Numbered from the stretch's first letter, positions 9,187 through 19,150 are shown. The stretch is 64,000 bases of DNA from Bacteroidales bacterium (GCA_014860585.1 JACZJL010000068.1:29042-93041); one strand, 5' to 3'. Notes: a model not told the origin generated them from the letters alone. Numbers and translations: made by a program.

Positions 9187-10704
9187 TTGAAAAAAATCAC
9201 CTCAGCACTGATCTCGGTTTACGACAAAACAGGTCTTGACGTTCTGGTAAAGACGTTAAGCCGACATGGTGTTCAAATACTTTCTACAGGCGGTACTCAC
9301 GGTTATATCAGTGAGTTGGGCTACAATGCCCTGCTTGTTGAAGATATTACTTCTTACCCTTCAATTCTTGGAGGGAGGGTAAAAACACTGCATCCACTCA
9401 TTTTCGGTGGTATTCTTGGCCGACGCGACCATGAAGCGGATAAAGCTGAATTTAAACAGTATGCCATTCCTGCAATTGACCTGGTGATTGTGGATTTGTA
9501 TCCTTTTGAGCAGACCTTAAAAAGCTCTTCGGACGAAAAAGAAATCATCGAAAAAATTGATATTGGGGGCATTAGTCTGATCAGGGCTGCAGCAAAAAAT
9601 TTCAAAGATGTGGTTGTAATTCCTTCTATTAAACTTTATGCTGATTTTATTGAGGTTTACAACAAGAATGACGGATACACCACAATCGAAGACAGGAAAC
9701 GCTTTGCTGCTCATGCATTCAATATTTCTTCGCATTACGACACTGCTATTTTTAATTATTTTAATATCGAAGCTGGACTACCAGTTTTTAAACAGAGTAT
9801 ACTGGATGCAACCCCGATGCGCTACGGCGAAAACCCGCATCAGCAAGGAAATTTCTTTGGAAATCTCACCTCGATGTTTGATCAGTTGAATGGAAAGGCA
9901 ATTTCCTACAACAACCTGAACGACATTGATGCAGCCATAAATCTTGTGAATGATTTTGACGAAACTGTGATTGCCATCCTAAAGCATAACAATGCCTGTG
10001 GACTGGCAGCGCGGGAGCCCCTGGCTGATGCATGGAAAGCGGCCCTGGCCGGTGATCCGCTCTCATCTTTTGGAGGCGTGATCATCACAAATACACTGGT
10101 TGATCAGGAAACTGCAGCAGAAATCAATAAACTCTTCTTCGAAGTAATCATTGCTCCTGATTATGAGCAAAGTGCACTACAGTTGCTAAAGCAAAAGAAA
10201 AACAGAATCATCCTGCGACATAAAAGTTTCCATCCAGAGGGACGACAGTTCAAATCGCTGCTAAACGGGGTACTCGAACAGGAAAAGGACACTACTACTG
10301 AATCTGAGCTACAACTTAATATCGTAACCACAGCACAACCAACCCACCATGAAATTGAAGATTTACTCTTTGCTAATAAAATTGTAAAGCACACCAAATC
10401 CAATGCTATTGTTTTAGTAAAAAACAAACAGCTGGTGGGAAGCGGAATAGGCCAGACATCAAGGGTGGATGCGGTAAAACAGGCGATCGAAAAAGCCAAT
10501 GCGTTTGGATTTGACCTTAAAGGTGCAGTAATGGCCTCCGATGCTTTTTTCCCCTTTTCCGATTCTATCGAAATTGCACATAGAGCCGGCATAAGCGCAG
10601 TTATTCAACCCGGTGGCTCTGTAAAGGATAACGAATCCATTGAATTTTGCAATAAATCGGAAATTTCAATGGCTTTTACAGGAATACGACATTTCAAGCA
10701 TTAA
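9187..10704 (+). CDS. purH: bifunctional AICAR transformylase / IMP cyclohydrolase
   Basis: It has an MGS-like domain (SALISVYDKTGLDVL...LSTGGT) and an AICARFT domain (SYPSILGGRVKTLHP). The longest ORF starts at a TTG at 9121, but that codon sits inside a TAttTTTG -7 box (9116-9123), so the likely start is the in-frame TTG at 9187 (MKKITSALISV...). The start is uncertain and the end is firm. Confidence 0.8.
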   Translation: MKKITSALISVYDKTGLDVLVKTLSRHGVQILSTGGTHGYISELGYNALLVEDITSYPSILGGRVKTLHPLIFGGILGRRDHEADKAEFKQYAIPAIDLVIVDLYPFEQTLKSSSDEKEIIEKIDIGGISLIRAAAKNFKDVVVIPSIKLYADFIEVYNKNDGYTTIEDRKRFAAHAFNISSHYDTAIFNYFNIEAGLPVFKQSILDATPMRYGENPHQQGNFFGNLTSMFDQLNGKAISYNNLNDIDAAINLVNDFDETVIAILKHNNACGLAAREPLADAWKAALAGDPLSSFGGVIITNTLVDQETAAEINKLFFEVIIAPDYEQSALQLLKQKKNRIILRHKSFHPEGRQFKSLLNGVLEQEKDTTTESELQLNIVTTAQPTHHEIEDLLFANKIVKHTKSNAIVLVKNKQLVGSGIGQTSRVDAVKQAIEKANAFGFDLKGAVMASDAFFPFSDSIEIAHRAGISAVIQPGGSVKDNESIEFCNKSEISMAFTGIRHFKH

Positions 10705-10786
10705 AAAGAGTAGTTTTGCGTTTGCTTAAACAATCAAGCATATTGACTAAGTGAATTATCGAACAATATTTTGAGCTAATAATACT

Positions 10787-11809
10787 ATGGGTTTATTTTC
10801 ATTTTTTACAAGAGAAATCGCTATTGACCTTGGCACAGCCAACACCATTATTATATATAACGATAAAGTAGTTGTTGACGAACCATCAATTGTAGCCATT
10901 GAGCGCAGTTCTGGCAAAATCATCGCCGTGGGCAAGCGCGCCCAGATGATGCACGGGAAAACGCACGAAAACATCAAAACCATCAGGCCGCTGCGCGACG
11001 GTGTGATTGCCGATTTTCAGGCCGCTGAATTTATGATCAGAGAGATGATCAAAATGATCGGTATTCGTAATTCACTGTTTCCACCTGCATTAAAGATGGT
11101 AATTTGTATCCCTTCCGGGATAACCGAAGTGGAGGAGAGAGCGGTAAAAGACTCGGCTGAGCAGGCCGGCGCCAAAGAGGTCAAACTCATCCATGAACCC
11201 ATGGCAGCAGCAATCGGTATCGGAATTGACGTGCTTGAACCCACCGGCAATATGATCATCGACATCGGTGGTGGTACCAGCGAAATTGCTGTAATTGCGC
11301 TTGGCGGTATTGTAAACAACAAATCCATCCGTATTGCCGGCGACGATTTCAATGCCGACATCGAGGAGTACATGCGCAAACAACACAATATTAATATCGG
11401 CGAACGCACAGCTGAACGAATTAAAATTGAAGTAGGAGCAGCCATGCCGGAACTGGACAATCCACCCGATGATTTTGCCGTTCACGGTCGTGATATGCTC
11501 ACCGGCATCCCCAAAGAAATTATTGTAAACTACACCGAAATTGCCCACTGTCTCGACAAATCCATTTCAAAAATTGAAACGGCAGTGCTACAGGCACTCG
11601 AGATGACACCTCCGGAGTTGTCGGCCGACATCTTCAGAACCGGGATCTACCTGGCCGGGGGTGGCTCCATGCTCAGAGGACTAGATAAACGTTTGCACCT
11701 GAAAACCAAGCTGCCAATCCATGTAGCCGAAGACCCTTTGAGAGCTGTGGCACGCGGTACAGGTATTGCCCTTAAGAACTTCGATAAATTCACCTTCCTG
11801 ATAAAGTGA
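10787..11809 (+). CDS. mreB: rod shape-determining protein MreB
   Basis: 340 aa actin-like ATPase (IAIDLGTANTIIY...VVDEPSIVAI...DIGGGTSEIAVIALGGIV). Confidence 0.9.
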   Translation: MGLFSFFTREIAIDLGTANTIIIYNDKVVVDEPSIVAIERSSGKIIAVGKRAQMMHGKTHENIKTIRPLRDGVIADFQAAEFMIREMIKMIGIRNSLFPPALKMVICIPSGITEVEERAVKDSAEQAGAKEVKLIHEPMAAAIGIGIDVLEPTGNMIIDIGGGTSEIAVIALGGIVNNKSIRIAGDDFNADIEEYMRKQHNINIGERTAERIKIEVGAAMPELDNPPDDFAVHGRDMLTGIPKEIIVNYTEIAHCLDKSISKIETAVLQALEMTPPELSADIFRTGIYLAGGGSMLRGLDKRLHLKTKLPIHVAEDPLRAVARGTGIALKNFDKFTFLIK

Positions 11810-11868
11810 TCCGGAAAGTAAATCATATTTTAATGCCAACCCCGCATAAGTAAAACCCGCTAGCGCAA

Positions 11869-12699
11869 ATGCAAAATTTATTCGCATTTATCTGGAAATA
11901 TTCATTTTACTTCCTGTTTTTGCTGCTAATGGTTATCTCGTTTGTGATGATGGTCCAAAACAATTATTACCAAAAGACGGTGGCCATCAACAGCACAAAT
12001 GGAATCACCGGTAATATCCTATCGGTTGTAGATAATTTTTCAGATTATCTCACCCTGCGGTATGCCAATCAAAAGCTGGCTGAAGAAAATGCACGACTAC
12101 TGGCGGGATCTAAAGACGCTTATCTTTACCTGGGAACTGAAAAAATCAACAGCAATGACAGTGGCTATTTAAGACAATACGATTATGTGGCCGCAAAAGT
12201 TATCAGCAACTCTGTCAACCGACGAAACAATTACATGAAACTTAATAAAGGCAGGCTGCAGGGGATAAAACCCAACATGGCTGTAATTGCCCCTGATGGC
12301 GTGGTGGGACAGGTTATCGAAGTTTCCACTCATTTCAGTTCGGTGATGTCCGTTTTAAACCGTAATTCACGTGTGAGCGCAAAACTGAAAAGCTCCAACC
12401 AGGTTGGATCACTGCAATGGGACGGAGAAAATTACAGAATGGGAAAATTGATTGACATTCCGTCACACGTTCAGATTATAGTTGGTGATTCGGTTGTTAC
12501 AAGCGGTTTTTCCCATGTATTTCCTGAAGGTCGCCTGATTGGGGTTGTTGAAAATTTCCGGCTTGACCCCGGTGAAAACTTTTATCAGGTGAAGGTACGA
12601 TTCACTGTTGATTTTAATAAGCTGTCCTATGTTTATGTAGTTAAGAATGTTTTAATTGATGAGTTAATGATCCTGCAAAAGTCAGAGACCCAAAATTAG
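11869..12699 (+). CDS. mreC: rod shape-determining protein MreC
   Basis: 276 aa with an N-terminal TM and a coiled coil (LAEENARLLA), followed by beta-rich domains. It sits immediately downstream of mreB. Confidence 0.75.
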   Translation: MQNLFAFIWKYSFYFLFLLLMVISFVMMVQNNYYQKTVAINSTNGITGNILSVVDNFSDYLTLRYANQKLAEENARLLAGSKDAYLYLGTEKINSNDSGYLRQYDYVAAKVISNSVNRRNNYMKLNKGRLQGIKPNMAVIAPDGVVGQVIEVSTHFSSVMSVLNRNSRVSAKLKSSNQVGSLQWDGENYRMGKLIDIPSHVQIIVGDSVVTSGFSHVFPEGRLIGVVENFRLDPGENFYQVKVRFTVDFNKLSYVYVVKNVLIDELMILQKSETQN

Positions 12700-12711
12700 T
12701 AAAAAATAACA

Positions 12712-13218
12712 ATGATTATTCAGCAAGTCATCAGGTTTATACTAATGCTTTTACTCCAGGTACTGGTGTTCAACCATATCTTAATTGGCGCCTATATTTA
12801 TCCCTCTTTTTACATCTATTTTATTCTTCTTCTGCCATTTGAAACCAAGGGGTGGGTTTTGCTACTATCAGCATTTTTAATTGGCCTGGGGGTAGATTTC
12901 TTTTCCAACTCATTGGGGATGCATGCCGGCGCTTCAGTTTTTATGGCATTTTGCCGGCCAGCAATCATCCGCATGCTCACTGCTGGTAAAGAAAATGAAA
13001 CCGGTTCTTCTCCCGGCATGAAATCATCAGGGTTTAGCTGGTTCCTTACCTACTCTTTCCTGTTAACCCTTCTCCATCATTCGATGCTATTCCTTCTGGA
13101 GGTTTTCGGATTTTCAGATTTTAAACAAACCCTATTCAGGATAATTTTAAGCACAATCGCAACAATGATCCTTGTGATACTTGCTCAACTAATTTTTTAC
13201 AAACAAGATAAACGTTGA
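12712..13218 (+). CDS. mreD: rod shape-determining protein MreD
   Basis: 168 aa polytopic membrane protein in the canonical position after mreC. Confidence 0.6.
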   Translation: MIIQQVIRFILMLLLQVLVFNHILIGAYIYPSFYIYFILLLPFETKGWVLLLSAFLIGLGVDFFSNSLGMHAGASVFMAFCRPAIIRMLTAGKENETGSSPGMKSSGFSWFLTYSFLLTLLHHSMLFLLEVFGFSDFKQTLFRIILSTIATMILVILAQLIFYKQDKR

Positions 13219-13266
13219 CAATAAACGTTTTTAATCCATGAGTTTTAAATTTTCATTCATTAATAA

Positions 13267-14361
13267 TTGACCACTATGAGAAATTTATTTTTAATTCTAA
13301 TTGCAGGAATTCTTGCATTTTCGTGTAGCAAACCAAAAAATCAGTTTGAAATCAAGGCAAATCTTGAAGGCGTTTCCGAAGGCTGGGTAATCTTGGCAAA
13401 AGCTGTTGATAACGACCTCTCACCACTCGATTCACTAATGGTTAAAGAGGGCAAATTCAGTTTTAAAGGAACGATTGATATCCCCGAAATGTATTACCTG
13501 CACTTTAAAACAGATGAACAATACCTCGGCTTTTTTGTGGAACCGGGCGAGTTAAACATTACCGGAACGCTTCAGGAGGCCAAATATGAGGGATTGCCAA
13601 CACAGGCACTTTACGACCGTTTGGTTTCGGAGTTAAAAGTGTATGAGAACCAATTTGAAGAAATTTCGTTGCAATACCGCGAAGCAGCTGCCCGCAATGA
13701 TGAAATGACCCAACGGGCTATCGAGCAAAGAGCAACTGTAATTGAAAAAGAAAGAATGGATTATATGCTGAACTTTGCTGAAGCAAATAATACGAGTATT
13801 GTTGCACCCTTTATTCTGGTCAACAACATTCAAAACTTCGATATCGAAAAAGTGGAAAGTTCAATGGCCAAACTCGATCCATCAGTCCATGGATCAAACT
13901 ATTACGTCATGTTGAATGAGCAGGTAGAAAAACTGCAGCGTCTGTCAGTTGGCCGCGAGGCTCCGGTTTTCTCACAAAATGATCCCGATGGCAATCCAAT
14001 CTCTCTTGATTCTTTCCGTGGAAAATATTTGCTGGTTGATTTTTGGGCATCCTGGTGCAAACCATGTCGAATCGAAAATCCAAATATTGTAGCTGCCTAT
14101 GCAAAATACCACGACAAAGGATTTGAAGTTTTTGGCGTTTCGCTTGACAGGGATAAAAATGCCTGGCTCAAGGGCATTGCAGACGATAACCTTACCTGGC
14201 CTCAGGTTTCAGACCTGCAATACTGGAACAACGAAGCTTCAAAACTCTACAGCATTAGCTCAATCCCTGCGAATCTCCTGCTTGACCCAGAAGGGATCAT
14301 CATTGCCAAAAACCTGCGAGGAGAGGAGTTACACACAAAGTTGGCCGAGTTACTCGATTAA
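13267..14361 (+). CDS. TlpA/ResA-like thiol-disulfide oxidoreductase lipoprotein (DUF4369-type N-domain plus thioredoxin fold)
   Basis: The signal/lipobox is ILAFSC. The C-terminal thioredoxin fold has a WASWCKPCR CxxC motif. Confidence 0.65.
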   Translation: MTTMRNLFLILIAGILAFSCSKPKNQFEIKANLEGVSEGWVILAKAVDNDLSPLDSLMVKEGKFSFKGTIDIPEMYYLHFKTDEQYLGFFVEPGELNITGTLQEAKYEGLPTQALYDRLVSELKVYENQFEEISLQYREAAARNDEMTQRAIEQRATVIEKERMDYMLNFAEANNTSIVAPFILVNNIQNFDIEKVESSMAKLDPSVHGSNYYVMLNEQVEKLQRLSVGREAPVFSQNDPDGNPISLDSFRGKYLLVDFWASWCKPCRIENPNIVAAYAKYHDKGFEVFGVSLDRDKNAWLKGIADDNLTWPQVSDLQYWNNEASKLYSISSIPANLLLDPEGIIIAKNLRGEELHTKLAELLD

Positions 14362-14396
14362 CTTTTTCCATATACTTAACCATGTGTAATTTTACC

Positions 14397-14475
14397 AAGG
14401 CTGCCTCAAAAGTCTGGATTTAAACCGATGAATTGAAAATCCAAATAATAGACTTTTGAGACAGCCTCGGTAATT
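14397..14475. repeat. long extended hairpin: a 17-bp outer stem with one mismatch (GGCTGCCTCAAAAGTCT / AGACTTTTGAGACAGCC) enclosing a 6-bp inner stem (GGATTT/AAATCC)
   Basis: Read directly in the sequence. It lies in a 374-bp convergent intergenic region and has no flanking U-run on either strand. Confidence 0.4.
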
Positions 14476-14735
14476 TTGCAGGTATTTATTTTCACTACTG
14501 CCCGACTAAAATTTGTTAATATACTACGTGAAAATTTGGCAAATCGTAAAATTATCTGCTACAATACTTTATCCCTGCCTGCTTGAGCATTCAGGCATGC
14601 GCTACGCGGAATCCCCGTATGTACGGGGTGAAGTATTGTAGGAAGAGGTTACCCCGATTTTAAAAATACCTCGTAGAGGTTAAAGAAATTAAGGGTTTCA
14701 GGACGATTGATTAATTTTACTCGAACAGCATTGAT

Positions 14736-16070
14736 TTATTTTGTGAAATTTACTTTTTCACCCATCAGATAAGTAGCTTTAATCATCTTTTCATCTCCAA
14801 GCATCATCAGGGCAAACAACAATTCTTCAATAGAGTTGACTTCCTGAAGCCGGTAGTTGAGCAGTTCGTTCAACGATGGATCTATCACAATGAAATCAGC
14901 CTCTTTGCCTGGATCGAAATTTCCGATTTTATCTTCCAGTTTCAAAGCCTTTGCTCCCCCAAGGGTAATAAAATAAAAAGCTTCGAGCGCACTCATGGCT
15001 GCAAATGCAGTTGATGAAGCCTTAACGCAATTCAGGTGATTTTTTAATGCTGAAATTTTGTAAGCATCGTGTAGGTTATTTAGCATGGAAAAGCTAGTAC
15101 CGCCACCAACATCACTTCCAACAGCCATCTTAATCCCATATTCCAGTGTTTTGTGGTAATCAAAAAGTCCACTGCCAAGAAAGAGATTGGACGAAGGGCA
15201 ATGAACAATAGAAGCGCCAGCATGAGAGATCCGTTTAAGTTCGTTACTATTCAGGTAAATCCCGTGACCAAGAAGTGTTCGTGAGGTTAGTAAACCAAAA
15301 CTGTCATAAACATCCAGGTAACCCTTGTGATTATTGTAGTTGTGATTAACCAGTTCAACCTCCTGTTTGTTTTCCGAAATATGCGTTTGTACATATAACC
15401 CTTCATACTCCTTTAAAAGTGAAGATGCTATTTTGAGCGATTCGGGCGAAGATGTAATAGCATACCGGGGAGTGATAGCATAACTAAGGCGACCGCATCC
15501 ATGCCATTTAATAATCTGACGCTTTGACGATTCGTAGGAAATTTCAGGTTTTTCGAGTAAATAGTCGGGAGCATTCCGGTCCATCCATGTTTTTCCGGTG
15601 ATTATGCGCATATTTAATTGAGCGGCAATTTTAAAAACCGCTTCAACGGAAGCATCAAAAACAGCCGGATAAATCACAGCGGTGGTAGTTCCGTTCTTAA
15701 GCAATTGATCGATGAAAAACCGGGTATGTCTAAATGCATATTCTGAATCGGAAAAGTGTCTTTCTCTTGGAAAAATATAAGTTTCGAGCCACTCCAGCAG
15801 TTGATTCCCGTAGGATGCGATAGCTCCGGTCTGTACCGAATGGACGTGTGCATCAATAAAACCCGGGAAAATAAATGTTTCACCAAAATCTGTAATTTCC
15901 ATCGGCAGTGGAAACTCTTTTATCACTTCGGGATAATTGCCGGATGCCAGCACTTTTCCATCTTTTGTTACCAGCAAGCCATCCTCAATATAACGGTAAC
16001 CTGTTTTAAGATTAAAAACATCCGTACTGGCGTAAAAATCAAATAGGCTACCCCTGAATCCTTTTAGCAT
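14736..16070 (-). CDS. amidohydrolase-family metal-dependent hydrolase, guanine deaminase-like
   Basis: 444 aa with a PGFIDAHVH metal-binding motif, HISE, and GSDVGGG at the C-terminus. This pattern is typical of guanine/cytosine deaminase-type amidohydrolases. Confidence 0.6.
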   Translation of the reverse strand: MLKGFRGSLFDFYASTDVFNLKTGYRYIEDGLLVTKDGKVLASGNYPEVIKEFPLPMEITDFGETFIFPGFIDAHVHSVQTGAIASYGNQLLEWLETYIFPRERHFSDSEYAFRHTRFFIDQLLKNGTTTAVIYPAVFDASVEAVFKIAAQLNMRIITGKTWMDRNAPDYLLEKPEISYESSKRQIIKWHGCGRLSYAITPRYAITSSPESLKIASSLLKEYEGLYVQTHISENKQEVELVNHNYNNHKGYLDVYDSFGLLTSRTLLGHGIYLNSNELKRISHAGASIVHCPSSNLFLGSGLFDYHKTLEYGIKMAVGSDVGGGTSFSMLNNLHDAYKISALKNHLNCVKASSTAFAAMSALEAFYFITLGGAKALKLEDKIGNFDPGKEADFIVIDPSLNELLNYRLQEVNSIEELLFALMMLGDEKMIKATYLMGEKVNFTK

Positions 16071-16202
16071 AAAGTATTCTTTAAAAGAAGATCAAAATTA
16101 GTATTTTTTGCTGTGTAGAAAAAAGTTGAAAAAACAACTTAATTTTGCTCACAAGACTTCTCCTTTTGAAAAATTAAATAATTTTGCCGGGTGATTGAAA
16201 TG

Positions 16203-16276
16203 CGGGATGTAGCGCAGCCCGGTAGCGCGCTTCGTTCGGGACGAAGAGGCCGCGAGTTCGAATCTCGCCATCCCGA
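16203..16276 (+). tRNA. tRNA-Pro (anticodon CGG)
   Basis: The cloverleaf was folded by hand. Acceptor is CGGGATG/CATCCCG, D-arm GCGC-AGCCCGGTA-GCGC, anticodon arm CTTCG-TTCGGGA-CGAAG (anticodon CGG) and T-arm GCGAG-TTCGAAT-CTCGC, with discriminator A. It is 74 nt and CCA is not encoded. Confidence 0.85.
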
Positions 16277-16279
16277 CAA

Positions 16280-16311
16280 AGACCATCGAAAAATGATGGT
16301 CTTTTTTGTTT
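16280..16311 (+). terminator. rho-independent terminator after tRNA-Pro
   Basis: AGACCATC-gaaaaa-GATGGTCT followed by TTTTTTGTTTT. Confidence 0.7.
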
Positions 16312-16367
16312 TAACCTCAGCCCAAAAGTATTACACTGTTTACTAGTTTACTGGGAGCTTTTACTGA

Positions 16368-17387
16368 TTACGATTGAATTTTTTTTATTTCTTTCTGAAA
16401 AATATTTGCTGTGTCTGATATTGACTTTTTTACAGGTATAAAATTGTAATTCAGCAGTTTACTTATCTTTGAGCTGTCGAAAAAGTAACGATTGAAGGCC
16501 GATCGGGCAATCTCTTTAGTGAATGTTGGCTGTTTCCCAAAAAGTGGAAAAAAAAGATTAACCCGCCAGGCGACTGCAGCCATCCAGGGCAAAAGTTGTA
16601 TTGCGGGTGGTTTTTTGCCAAGCGCCATAGCGATCATTGTGAAGAGCTGATGGTTGGAAATATCTTCAGAAGAAAGGATGAAGCGCTCTCCGGAAATTTT
16701 TGATTCCATTAATTGCACCATGATACTTGCCACATCTCTCACATCAACATAACCCATGATACCAGAAGTGTAAAAAGGAATACCTCTATACACTGTATTG
16801 AAAATTTGTGAACTGCCTTTTTTCCAGTCTCCCGGACCAATAATCACCGATGGATTAACAATAAACATCTCCAACCCCTCCTCGGCTGCCCTCCATACCT
16901 CCCTTTCGGCGCCGTATTTACTTAATGCGTAGGCTGAATTGTTTCGTGAGGTTTTCCAGTAACTGCTCTCGGTAACTGTTTCACCTTGTTTGGTGCGTCC
17001 AAGTGCTGATACGGAACTCACATGGCATAAGCGGACATTATCCTTTTGCAGACAGGCATTAACTATATTAGCAGTGCCAACCTGATTAGTCAGGATAAGT
17101 TGCTTGTAGTCACTTTTTCTGAAAGAAACCAATCCGGAACAATGATAAACCTGGTCAACACCATCGAGAGCTTCAGCAAGCGAATGGGGATCAAGTATAT
17201 CGCCATCTACCCATTCTATTTTCTCAAATATTGTCTCATAGTCCCGGTTGTACCAGGATATTGTCTTTTTCACTTTGCCTGTGTCACTATCGGGACGTTT
17301 TAATGCTCGCACAATTTTCCCCTGTTTTACCAATTCGTAAAGCAGATGCGCCCCAACCAATCCTGTTCCTCCTGTTACCAATATCAT
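16368..17387 (-). CDS. NAD-dependent epimerase/dehydratase family protein (extended SDR)
   Basis: 339 aa with an N-terminal Rossmann motif (MILVTGGTGLVGAHLL) and a YxxxK region. Confidence 0.7.
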   Translation of the reverse strand: MILVTGGTGLVGAHLLYELVKQGKIVRALKRPDSDTGKVKKTISWYNRDYETIFEKIEWVDGDILDPHSLAEALDGVDQVYHCSGLVSFRKSDYKQLILTNQVGTANIVNACLQKDNVRLCHVSSVSALGRTKQGETVTESSYWKTSRNNSAYALSKYGAEREVWRAAEEGLEMFIVNPSVIIGPGDWKKGSSQIFNTVYRGIPFYTSGIMGYVDVRDVASIMVQLMESKISGERFILSSEDISNHQLFTMIAMALGKKPPAIQLLPWMAAVAWRVNLFFPLFGKQPTFTKEIARSAFNRYFFDSSKISKLLNYNFIPVKKSISDTANIFQKEIKKIQS

Positions 17388-17396
17388 TGTACAAAA

Positions 17397-18548
17397 TTAA
17401 TTTTTGTCGTGTAAACCCGGATAAATATTTTCCAAAACCTTTCGCAATGCATTATTTTCAGTAATGTACCTGTCAACCAATCGTGGCATTGGATATTGAT
17501 ACACTTCTTTTAAGCGAATCATTATCACTGGATCATGCCAGGCCGTTTTTTCATCTGTACGAATCAGAAAAAAAGTGGATAACAACAGTTGATGGGAGAG
17601 CTGATGCTTGTAAACTGCCGAAACATTTAAAAGTTCAGGATTACCTTCGACAAAAAATTCCTGCCACCTCTCAGTAGAGGTGAGTTGTTCAGGACTAAAC
17701 TCATTGATGGTTTCTATCATGGGGAAATCGTATAAACCTGCCCAAATATCCTTGTTGCCTCTTTTATTTAAATAAGTAAAAAGCTCCCCATTTTTTTCAA
17801 AAAGGACTACCAGGTAATGAAAGTGGCGAACAAGCTGGTTGGATATTTTACTTTTTATTGGCAACTTACTGACAAGACTCTGGCTAAAAGCAGCGCAGTT
17901 CATTTTAAAAATGCATTCGTGGCAGGATGGGCTTTTTGGCTTACAAACCATAGCTCCAAAGTCCATAAGTGCCTGGTTAAAAATTCCCGGGTTTTCCAGG
18001 TCAAAGATTTCATTCAAAGCCTCAAAAATCATTTTTTTACCAACTGCCTTGTCAATCGGTTCTTCAATAGCAAACAAACGGCTGATAACCCTTAACACAT
18101 TGCCATCAACAGTTGGTGTTGGATATCCAAAACAGATTGAAACAATGGCTGCAGCAGTGTAGGTTCCGATTCCTTTCAGGGCAATCAATTCAATGTAAGT
18201 TTCAGGAAATTTACCGCCATGCACATCAACAATAGTTTTCGCAGTCGTATGCATGTTTCGCGCACGAGAATAATATCCGAGTCCCTGCCACATCTTTAGT
18301 ACCTGATCCTCGCTTGCATTGGCCAGGCTTTTTACATCCGGAAAACGTGCGGTAAAACGCAGGTAATAATCGTGTCCCTGATCAATGCGGGTTTGCTGCA
18401 GGATGACTTCAGAAACCCAGATTTTATAGGGATCAGTCGTGCTCCTCCAGGGCAGATTTCTTTGATTGATAATGTACCAGTTCTTTAGTTTGCTTGCAAA
18501 ATTCATAGGTTTTAAAAGATGTTCCGAAAGATTAATCGGGAATATCAA
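17397..18548 (-). CDS. mutY: A/G-specific adenine DNA glycosylase
   Basis: 383 aa. It has an HhH-GPD domain (WYIINQRNLPWR...YKIWVSEVILQQTRIDQ), 4Fe-4S cluster cysteines (CKPKSPSCHEC) and a C-terminal NUDIX-like domain. Confidence 0.8.
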   Translation of the reverse strand: MIFPINLSEHLLKPMNFASKLKNWYIINQRNLPWRSTTDPYKIWVSEVILQQTRIDQGHDYYLRFTARFPDVKSLANASEDQVLKMWQGLGYYSRARNMHTTAKTIVDVHGGKFPETYIELIALKGIGTYTAAAIVSICFGYPTPTVDGNVLRVISRLFAIEEPIDKAVGKKMIFEALNEIFDLENPGIFNQALMDFGAMVCKPKSPSCHECIFKMNCAAFSQSLVSKLPIKSKISNQLVRHFHYLVVLFEKNGELFTYLNKRGNKDIWAGLYDFPMIETINEFSPEQLTSTERWQEFFVEGNPELLNVSAVYKHQLSHQLLLSTFFLIRTDEKTAWHDPVIMIRLKEVYQYPMPRLVDRYITENNALRKVLENIYPGLHDKN

Positions 18549-18653
18549 TATTTTAACAATTTGGAAATTAATTTGTTGTTTGAGTCCGATCCCTGTGAAC
18601 AGCGTGATTAAGGGTATTCATATCAATTCGAAAAAATTGCTAAATTTTTTTGG

Positions 18654-18686
18654 TTTGCACTGTGTTTGAAAAAAAATCTATATTTG
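18654..18686 (+). promoter_or_regulatory. Bacteroidetes sigma-A type promoter for HU (-33 TTTG at 18654-18657; -7 TAtaTTTG at 18679-18686)
   Basis: It matches the TTTG-N19-21-TAnnTTTG consensus described for Bacteroidetes and lies about 45 nt upstream of the HU ATG. Confidence 0.4.
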
Positions 18687-18732
18687 CACCCCTATTTACA
18701 TAACTAATAATCAAATCTTTAAATTTTTAATT

Positions 18733-19023
18733 ATGACAAAAGCAGACATCGTAAACGAAATTGCCAGCAAGACAGGAATTGAAAAAGTCTCTGTACAGGC
18801 CACTGTTGAGGCTTTTATGGAAACTATCAAACATTCGATGGTTACCGGCGAAAACGTTTATCTCCGTGGGTTCGGAAGTTTTACAATCAAGAAAAGAGCT
18901 GAGAAAACCGGAAGGAATATCTCCAAGAACACAACCATTATTATCCCGGCGCATAATATTCCGGCTTTTAAACCAGCAAAAACCTTTGTAAACGAAGTAA
19001 AAAACCACGTAAACGTTAAATAA
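18733..19023 (+). CDS. hup: HU family DNA-binding protein
   Basis: 96 aa (MTKADIVNEIASKTGIEKV...FGSFTIKKRAEKTGRN...IPAHNIPAFKPAK). Confidence 0.85.
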   Translation: MTKADIVNEIASKTGIEKVSVQATVEAFMETIKHSMVTGENVYLRGFGSFTIKKRAEKTGRNISKNTTIIIPAHNIPAFKPAKTFVNEVKNHVNVK

Positions 19024-19040
19024 TCAAGAAAGGAAAAAAT

Positions 19041-19130
19041 TATGCCAAGCGGTAAAAAAAGAAAAAGACATAAAATGTCAACCCACAAACGCAAAAAACG
19101 TTTGAGGAAAAACAGGCATAAGAAGAAGTA
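19041..19130 (+). CDS. 29-aa extremely basic peptide, bS22-like (mS38/AURKAIP1-like) small ribosomal protein candidate
   Basis: The ATG at 19041 lies 9 nt downstream of AGGAAA and the ORF ends with TAA at 19128-19130. The peptide is MPSGKKRKRHKMSTHKRKKRLRKNRHKKK. It resembles actinobacterial bS22 ([20 protein letters not shown]...) as I remember it. A perfect terminator hairpin follows. It was too short for the ORF track. Confidence 0.5.
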
Positions 19131-19150
19131 ACACGCACAATTTGAGGGAA

